A DNA stretch of 22,879 bases, taken from a virus. This document shows positions 17,877 through 22,879 of the stretch, piece by piece. Below the pieces are notes generated by a model. It was not told the DNA's origin, ran no database searches, and saw nothing but the letters and a program-made list of their open reading frames with translations. Numbering within the stretch: the first letter of the stretch is position 1; every line of letters starts with the position of its first letter. Location of the stretch: IMG/VR virus record IMGVR_UViG_3300025592_000071. One strand, written 5' to 3'. Position numbers and translations under genes: made by a program.

Positions 17877-18082
17877 ATATACCAGAAGATAAAACAAAAA
17901 ATAGAATAGAAGTTGAAATAGATTTGCCCGAGAAAGATCTTCTCAAACTCGCATTACTTGCACACGAAAAAGATATGACTATTAATGATTTTGTCAACGA
18001 TGTGTTGTCGAGTGGAATTGCAGATGGAAAGTATCAGTCTGAACATAATAAGAACCCCCAACTTTTAAACGAAACTAAATGA
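17873..18082 (+). CDS. small hypothetical protein, possible ribbon-helix-helix fold
   Basis: IEVEIDL strand followed by helices LLKLALLAHEKDMTINDFVNDVL; ATGA overlaps with gp47 and gp46-N. Confidence 0.6.
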   Translation: MNIPEDKTKNRIEVEIDLPEKDLLKLALLAHEKDMTINDFVNDVLSSGIADGKYQSEHNKNPQLLNETK

Positions 18083-18294
18083 TTGTGTTCAAAAAGATCT
18101 CTTGGAGGAATTTTCTTTCAACTGGAGATGTTCCCACAACTGTCTTTTTTGATAAGTCACCCACAACCCTGATTATTGGAGAAAATGGGGCAGGTAAGTG
18201 TTTTTGTAAAAATACTCCTATAAGGTTAAAAAACACCAAAACAGGTGAAATAGTAGAAACCACCATAGGGGAATTTTATGCACGAAATGTCTAA
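18079..18294 (+). CDS. gp46: gp46 (Rad50/SbcC-like) N-terminal fragment (40 aa) fused to a 31-aa split-intein N-fragment
   Basis: FKKISWRNFLSTG...LIIGENGAGK is the gp46 N-terminus up to the Walker A Lys; it continues into intein block A starting with Cys (CFCKNTPI...TTIGEFY) and then stops. Confidence 0.9.
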   Translation: MIVFKKISWRNFLSTGDVPTTVFFDKSPTTLIIGENGAGKCFCKNTPIRLKNTKTGEIVETTIGEFYARNV

Positions 18295-18655
18295 ACTTTC
18301 TGACCAAGTAACACGAAAATTTACAAATTCCCTTCCTATTTCTGATTGGGAAATTGAAACTGATATGGGATGGTCTCCTATTACACATGTTCATAAAACT
18401 ATCCCCTATGAAAAGTGGCGGATAGAAACAAAAAGTGGACTGGTGCTGGAATGTGCGGACACCCATATATTATTTGATGAAAATAAGAATGAAATTTTCG
18501 TGAAAGATATTTCAATTGGTGATTTTATATCAACCAAGTGTGGTACGGATGAGGTGATAAGTTTACACCGCAGTGATGTTACCGAAAACATGTTTGATCT
18601 ATCAATCAACTCAAACAATCATCGATTTTACACAAATGGTATATTGTCTCACAAT
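18199..18655 (+). mobile_element. split mini-intein (IntN 18199-18291; IntC 18278-18655), no endonuclease domain
   Basis: Cys1; block B LECADTH; block F MFDLSI; terminal ILSHN followed by Ser+1; removing the intein restores GENGAGK-STILDAL. Confidence 0.9.
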
Positions 18656-20254
18656 TCAACTATTCTGGATGCGTTGACATTTGGATTGTTTGGAAAACCA
18701 TTTCGGAATATCAATAAGCCCCAGTTAGTCAATGCAATTAACGAAAAAGAATTGATGGTTGAGATTGATTTTTCTATTGGAAAGAAAAATTTTATAATCC
18801 GAAGGGGGGTGAAACCGAATGTGTTTGAAATTTTCCAAAACGGCAAGATGTTCGACCAGACCGCCAATGTTCGGGATTATCAAGATTATTTGGAAAAGGC
18901 AATTCTCAAGTTGAATTACAAATCATTTACTCAAATAGTTCTTCTTGGAAATTCATCATTTGAACCATTCATGCAATTGAAGCAGTCGGATCGTCGGGCC
19001 ATTGTAGAAGATCTTCTGGACATTCAGATTTTTTCTTCCATGAATATGATTCTCAAACAGAAGAATTCGGAATTGAAGGGAGAAGTTCAACAAAACGAAA
19101 ATCAGAGAAAATTGAATGAATCCCAAACAAAAATGCAACAAGCATATATTGAACGATTGAAACAGGATAACGAATCAATTATTTTTGACAAAAACCAAGA
19201 CATCAACAATTTCAAAAAACAAAAAAAATCTGATGTTGGTACTTTGAATGGTCTCCAAGAACAAATCATTGCCTTGGGTGATAAGATGTTGTTGGAAGAT
19301 GTTGTTGTGAAAAAATCTTCCGAATTTGGAACTCTTCAAAATAAAATTGATGTCAAGCTAGACCAAGAACAAAAAGAACTTAAATTCTACCAAACCAATT
19401 CAACGTGTTCGCAATGTAAACAAGATATTGATGTTGTATTCAAAAAAGAACGGATCACTGACATATCTAGGGGGATCGATGAAAAGAAAGATGGGCTCGA
19501 TAAAATTGTATCGGAAATTGACATTTTGGAACAACAATTGGAAGAGTTTCGATCTGTCGGTCGAGAGATTACAGAGAAGAACAAAAATCTCGCAGGAATA
19601 GAATCTAAAATTCAATCTATCGATTCTAACATAGAACGAACACAGAAAGAAATTGAAAAATTACAAGAGAAAAAAGAACTTGATAGTATAGAGGAAAATA
19701 ATTTGCAGTCGTTACAGGGAGATCTGAGAACTTTAGAGGGTCAATATCAGGGGTTATGTGAGACAAAGAGGGAATATGAATATGCAAATGAACTGTTGAG
19801 AGATACAGGAATAAAGACAAAAATCATTCGACAATATGTACCCATAATCAACAAGTATGTGAATAAGTATCTGAATGAACTTGATTTTCTCATTAACTTT
19901 ACGATTGATGAGAATTTCAACGAAACGATACAATCTCAATATCGTGATGAGTTTTCTTATGCTTCTTTTTCCGAAGGTGAGAAGATGAGAATTGATCTTG
20001 CGTTGTTATTCACATGGCGCATGGTTGCAAAACTCAAGAATAGTGTGAATACTAATCTTCTGATTTTGGATGAAGTATTCGATTCATCGTTGGATGCAGA
20101 AGGAACAGAGGCATTTTTAAAAATCATTAATACATTAGATGCAGATACTAATGTGTTTGTGATTTCACACAAGGGAGAAATTCTTTTTGATAAATTTTTA
20201 AGCACAATCAAATTCGTGAAAGAGAAACAATTTAGTAAAATAGAGGTCGGATGA
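18278..20254 (+). CDS. gp46: split-intein C-fragment (about 126 aa) fused to gp46 C-terminal part (532 aa)
   Basis: intein end SHN|STILDALTFGLFGKPFRNINK; Q-loop FTQIVLLG; coiled coil with CSQC zinc hook; signature SFSEGEK; Walker B LILDEVFD; VISH. Confidence 0.93.
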   Translation: MHEMSKLSDQVTRKFTNSLPISDWEIETDMGWSPITHVHKTIPYEKWRIETKSGLVLECADTHILFDENKNEIFVKDISIGDFISTKCGTDEVISLHRSDVTENMFDLSINSNNHRFYTNGILSHNSTILDALTFGLFGKPFRNINKPQLVNAINEKELMVEIDFSIGKKNFIIRRGVKPNVFEIFQNGKMFDQTANVRDYQDYLEKAILKLNYKSFTQIVLLGNSSFEPFMQLKQSDRRAIVEDLLDIQIFSSMNMILKQKNSELKGEVQQNENQRKLNESQTKMQQAYIERLKQDNESIIFDKNQDINNFKKQKKSDVGTLNGLQEQIIALGDKMLLEDVVVKKSSEFGTLQNKIDVKLDQEQKELKFYQTNSTCSQCKQDIDVVFKKERITDISRGIDEKKDGLDKIVSEIDILEQQLEEFRSVGREITEKNKNLAGIESKIQSIDSNIERTQKEIEKLQEKKELDSIEENNLQSLQGDLRTLEGQYQGLCETKREYEYANELLRDTGIKTKIIRQYVPIINKYVNKYLNELDFLINFTIDENFNETIQSQYRDEFSYASFSEGEKMRIDLALLFTWRMVAKLKNSVNTNLLILDEVFDSSLDAEGTEAFLKIINTLDADTNVFVISHKGEILFDKFLSTIKFVKEKQFSKIEVG

Positions 20255-20775
20255 GTGATTTGATATGTGAATTGGTGAAAGAGACAGATCCGTTTTTGAG
20301 AGAGAAACCAGAGGTATTTGATTTCGAGAACCCCCAAGTTGATGCCGAGAAATTGCAGAAACAACTAATAGAAAACATGATTCATCATGGAGGACTGGGA
20401 TTATCTGCAAATCAGATAGGGATTCCTGTTACAGTATTTGTGATGAGAATGGATAATAATGCTTTGGTGGTGTTCAATCCAGAAATTTTAGAATGGAGTG
20501 ATGATACTACATACATGAAGGAGGGGTGTTTATCTTTTCCAGCCCTATGGATTGCAATAGAACGTTCGAAAACAATTGCAGTCAAATTTCAGGTGTTTAA
20601 TGGGGAAGAACAGGCAGGAAGCATGACAGATTTGTCCGCAAGGGTATTTCAACATGAATCGGAACACATGGAGGGTGAGATTTTTATAGACAATGTATCG
20701 AGGTTTAAATTGAAAGCAACGATGCGTAAACGTAACATTCTTTTGAGAAAATTCAAAAGACAAAAAAAGGATTGA
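20251..20775 (+). CDS. def: peptide deformylase
   Basis: motif 1 GLGLSANQIG, motif 2 EGCLS, motif 3 QHESEH (HExxH). Confidence 0.92.
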   Translation: MSDLICELVKETDPFLREKPEVFDFENPQVDAEKLQKQLIENMIHHGGLGLSANQIGIPVTVFVMRMDNNALVVFNPEILEWSDDTTYMKEGCLSFPALWIAIERSKTIAVKFQVFNGEEQAGSMTDLSARVFQHESEHMEGEIFIDNVSRFKLKATMRKRNILLRKFKRQKKD

Positions 20776-20776
20776 C

Positions 20777-21109
20777 ATGGCAAAAACTAGGGGTATTGAA
20801 GAAACGAAGGACATATTAGATTTTATGTTCTCATTTGTAGACGCAGTTGGAAAAGCGAAACAAGACGGTGAAATGTCTTGGAGTGATGCGAGGTATTTCA
20901 TTGATCCAGTAAAAAAACTATTCGAAGCAGTGGATGACATTGAAGAAGTTCTTCCTGAGATTGAAGACCTTTCAGAAGAAGAATATGATGAATTGGTTGA
21001 ATATGTCAAAGGAAAGTGGGATTATGATGAAGAAAATTTGGATTGGGTTGTGGATACTGCAATTGATGCAGGAAAATCCATTTTAATGTTAATCAACATG
21101 AAGAAATAA
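20777..21109 (+). CDS. hypothetical acidic helical protein
   Basis: 110-aa ORF starting 2 nt after def; SD AGGA; no family recognised. Confidence 0.7.
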   Translation: MAKTRGIEETKDILDFMFSFVDAVGKAKQDGEMSWSDARYFIDPVKKLFEAVDDIEEVLPEIEDLSEEEYDELVEYVKGKWDYDEENLDWVVDTAIDAGKSILMLINMKK

Positions 21110-21116
21110 TAAGAAA

Positions 21117-21302
21117 ATGAGAAGTAAACAACATGGTAGACGATTGCGCCGAGAAGGTGCTATCGAACGTATAGGAACAACTATTCTTGTATACGAAGAA
21201 CAGTTGAAATCTAATAAGAGCGATGATGAGAAAAAACTATTAAAGAAAAAAATAGAAGGCGCTCGAACAACAATTGAAAATACAAAAGAAAATATGAAGT
21301 GA
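21117..21302 (+). CDS. small basic hypothetical protein
   Basis: 61-aa K/R-rich ORF tightly packed between neighbours. Confidence 0.55.
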   Translation: MRSKQHGRRLRREGAIERIGTTILVYEEQLKSNKSDDEKKLLKKKIEGARTTIENTKENMK

Positions 21303-21592
21303 TGTCAATAAATAAAACTATAAACAGATTTTGGAGGGATTGGGCCGCAATAGTTTATTTGTTTCTCTGCCTGATTGATTTTTTCGTCGCTCCGTTAGTA
21401 TGGAATTTGATAATGGCAGAACATTGCGCAATAAATGATTGTGCGGCAGAAGGTGTGACACGGTGGATGCCCCTTACATTAGAGGGTGGAGCAATGTTAC
21501 ACTTATCATTTGGAGCCATACTTGGAGCAACAGCTTGGAAGAAAAAAGAAGAATTGGAAGTTCATTCTACTAGGGATAGTAATATCTCTTAA
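21302..21592 (+). CDS. small membrane protein, putative holin (GTA 3TM holin / DUF3154-like)
   Basis: TGATG overlap start; WRDWAAIVYLFLCLIDFFVAPLVW hydrophobic segment, WMPLTLEGGAMLHLSFGAILGATAW, basic KKK tail; family resemblance is from memory. Confidence 0.55.
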   Translation: MSINKTINRFWRDWAAIVYLFLCLIDFFVAPLVWNLIMAEHCAINDCAAEGVTRWMPLTLEGGAMLHLSFGAILGATAWKKKEELEVHSTRDSNIS

Positions 21593-22277
21593 TGGATGTG
21601 CAAAGAGCGTAGTAGACAACAACAATGATTTGGGTAGTGGTGGTAAAAATACTTTACCAGTTACGATAACCTCTCTCATTGAACACGCAGAATATTGTAA
21701 AACGATTTACGATAGTGGCGGTGATCAAAAAGATGAAGTTGCATTTGAGGTAAAACAGGTTGAGGGAATATCGATAATTGTTATTAGGGGTACGGCGAAT
21801 GAGAGTAACGTACAGTCTGATATTGATGTAAGATTGGTGAAAGATGATGACTTGGGAATATATCTCCACAAGGGGTTTAGAGATGCCTCTTTGGGTGTTA
21901 TGGAAATTATAGATAGAGATCACACGATCGAACACACAGTACACGTTACAGGTCACAGTTTGGGTGGAGCCGTTGCACAAATAATAGGAATGTGGTTCCA
22001 CAAGAGAGGCAAGAATGTTCAAATTTACTCTTACGGATCACCAAAAGTTTCTTCTGAAGTTCTTGTTTCGGGACAACCTTTACATTGGCGTGTATCTAAT
22101 CCTGTCGATCCTGTGCCTTGGACTCCTCCTTTCCCATTTCTTCATACTGGGCTTTTCATAGATCCTAGAGATGGTGATTGGGGCCCAGACAACGATAATG
22201 GACTAATAAGTAAGACGGACGGATTAACTCATGCGGTTGCGAAATATGTAGAATCATTAAAGGGATTGTTGCAATAA
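21522..22277 (+). CDS. lipoprotein-anchored class 3 lipase (alpha/beta hydrolase)
   Basis: start re-called to TTG 21522 (GGAG SD 6 nt upstream); RKKK, hydrophobic core, lipobox LNG-C (Cys 21597); IRGT, nucleophile elbow GHSLGG, YSYGSPKV, DPVP, C-terminal HAV. Confidence 0.85.
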   Translation: MEQQLGRKKKNWKFILLGIVISLNGCAKSVVDNNNDLGSGGKNTLPVTITSLIEHAEYCKTIYDSGGDQKDEVAFEVKQVEGISIIVIRGTANESNVQSDIDVRLVKDDDLGIYLHKGFRDASLGVMEIIDRDHTIEHTVHVTGHSLGGAVAQIIGMWFHKRGKNVQIYSYGSPKVSSEVLVSGQPLHWRVSNPVDPVPWTPPFPFLHTGLFIDPRDGDWGPDNDNGLISKTDGLTHAVAKYVESLKGLLQ

Positions 22278-22287
22278 TAAGACACGA

Positions 22288-22554
22288 ATGAGCAAAATCA
22301 AACAACCCAATCCAATCAGTGAGGGGTGGGGGGAATATAAAAAACTTGTTCGCACACATTTGATGACGTGTGGGCCTAGGAGCAAATGTTTAACTCACGA
22401 AGATTGTCATCTCGACAGTTTCTATCCAGGCAAACAATATCGAAAGATGAAACTGAAAAGAAATGAAGACGGAATTCTTGTTATAGACAAAGGAGTTAAA
22501 CAAGACCATCCAGAAAACCTAAAATCGAAAGAAAGTTGCAACGATGACAAATGA
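22288..22554 (+). CDS. hypothetical protein
   Basis: 88-aa ORF filling the gap; Cys/His cluster C-x5-C-x5-CH; weak SD. Confidence 0.45.
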   Translation: MSKIKQPNPISEGWGEYKKLVRTHLMTCGPRSKCLTHEDCHLDSFYPGKQYRKMKLKRNEDGILVIDKGVKQDHPENLKSKESCNDDK

Positions 22555-22828
22555 TGTAAAAGTTCTAAAATTAATAACAGGTGAAGAAGTGATTGCGAGA
22601 ATAACAAAAGAAGAAAACAGTCTGATTACTTTGGAAAAACCGATGACATTGCAAATGATGCCACCCAATACCTCAACAGGGCAAATGGGTTTTGCGATGG
22701 TGCCTTGGTTGGTGGCTGCAAAAAACGAAAAGATTGCAATTTCCACCGAACACATTTTGGTCACTGATGATGCATTAGATCAAACTGGAAAAAATTATCT
22801 CCAAATAGTAACAGGACTTTCTTTATAA
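22544..22828 (+). CDS. small T4-like conserved protein, probable Sm-like beta-barrel
   Basis: VKVLKLITGEEVIARI...LEKPM...FAMVPWL pattern recalled from T4-like hypothetical proteins. Confidence 0.6.
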   Translation: MTNDVKVLKLITGEEVIARITKEENSLITLEKPMTLQMMPPNTSTGQMGFAMVPWLVAAKNEKIAISTEHILVTDDALDQTGKNYLQIVTGLSL

Positions 22829-22879
22829 TGTATAATCCTCTTCCAGATGGGATAACAATCAAGAAATCGCCCATCAGTG
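22828..22879 (+). CDS. 5' fragment of an ORF cut by the window end; N-terminus resembles phage SET-domain-like proteins
   Basis: TAATG overlap; reads MYNPLPDGITIKKSPIS; only 17 codons visible. Confidence 0.35.
   Translation, partial: MYNPLPDGITIKKSPIS

Noticed and set aside
20772-20800. TTGACA at the def/20777 boundary as a promoter
   Set aside because: No acceptable -10 hexamer 16-18 bp downstream.
21486-21521. GTG 21486 start for the lipase given by the ORF track
   Set aside because: TTG 21522 has a properly spaced GGAG and gives a normal 25-aa lipoprotein signal peptide.
274-22764. Numerous minus-strand and alternate-frame ORFs of 60-155 aa in the ORF track
   Set aside because: They lie inside well-supported genes, lack SDs and motifs, and read as antisense shadows. 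Only 1845-2303 is credible on the minus strand.
1-22879. Stop-codon reassignment as the explanation for the broken gp46
   Set aside because: Core genes end normally in TAA, TAG and TGA, and the gp46 halves are in different frames, so read-through cannot join them.
1-22879. CRISPR arrays, tRNA/rRNA genes, group I introns, IS elements
   Set aside because: No repeat-spacer periodicity, cloverleaf, interrupted core gene other than gp46, or transposase motif was seen; intergenic space is minimal.

Overview
The window is a 22.9-kb piece of a T4-like myovirus genome. It is AT-rich, uses the standard genetic code, and is coded almost entirely on the + strand. It holds the T4 core in the usual order: terminase gp17, tail sheath gp18, tail tube gp19, portal gp20, small prohead-core ORFs, protease gp21, scaffold gp22, major capsid gp23, gp3, uvsY, uvsW, late sigma gp55, gp47 and gp46. 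After these come a peptide deformylase and accessory ORFs. The main result is that gp46 (Rad50/SbcC-like ATPase) is broken into two overlapping genes in the middle of its Walker A motif. The halves carry a 31-aa N-intein and a roughly 126-aa C-intein, which indicates a naturally, atypically split intein in a recombination ATPase. Other notable points are three tandem, divergent tail-tube paralogs; a holin-like gene overlapped by a lipoprotein class-3 lipase; an antisense HNH protein whose general-base His appears replaced by Gln, downstream of a palindromic two-way late promoter; a consensus sigma70 promoter firing antisense into uvsW; and a sigma70 promoter followed directly by a terminator-like hairpin. 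All product calls come from motif recognition and gene order. No database searches were run.
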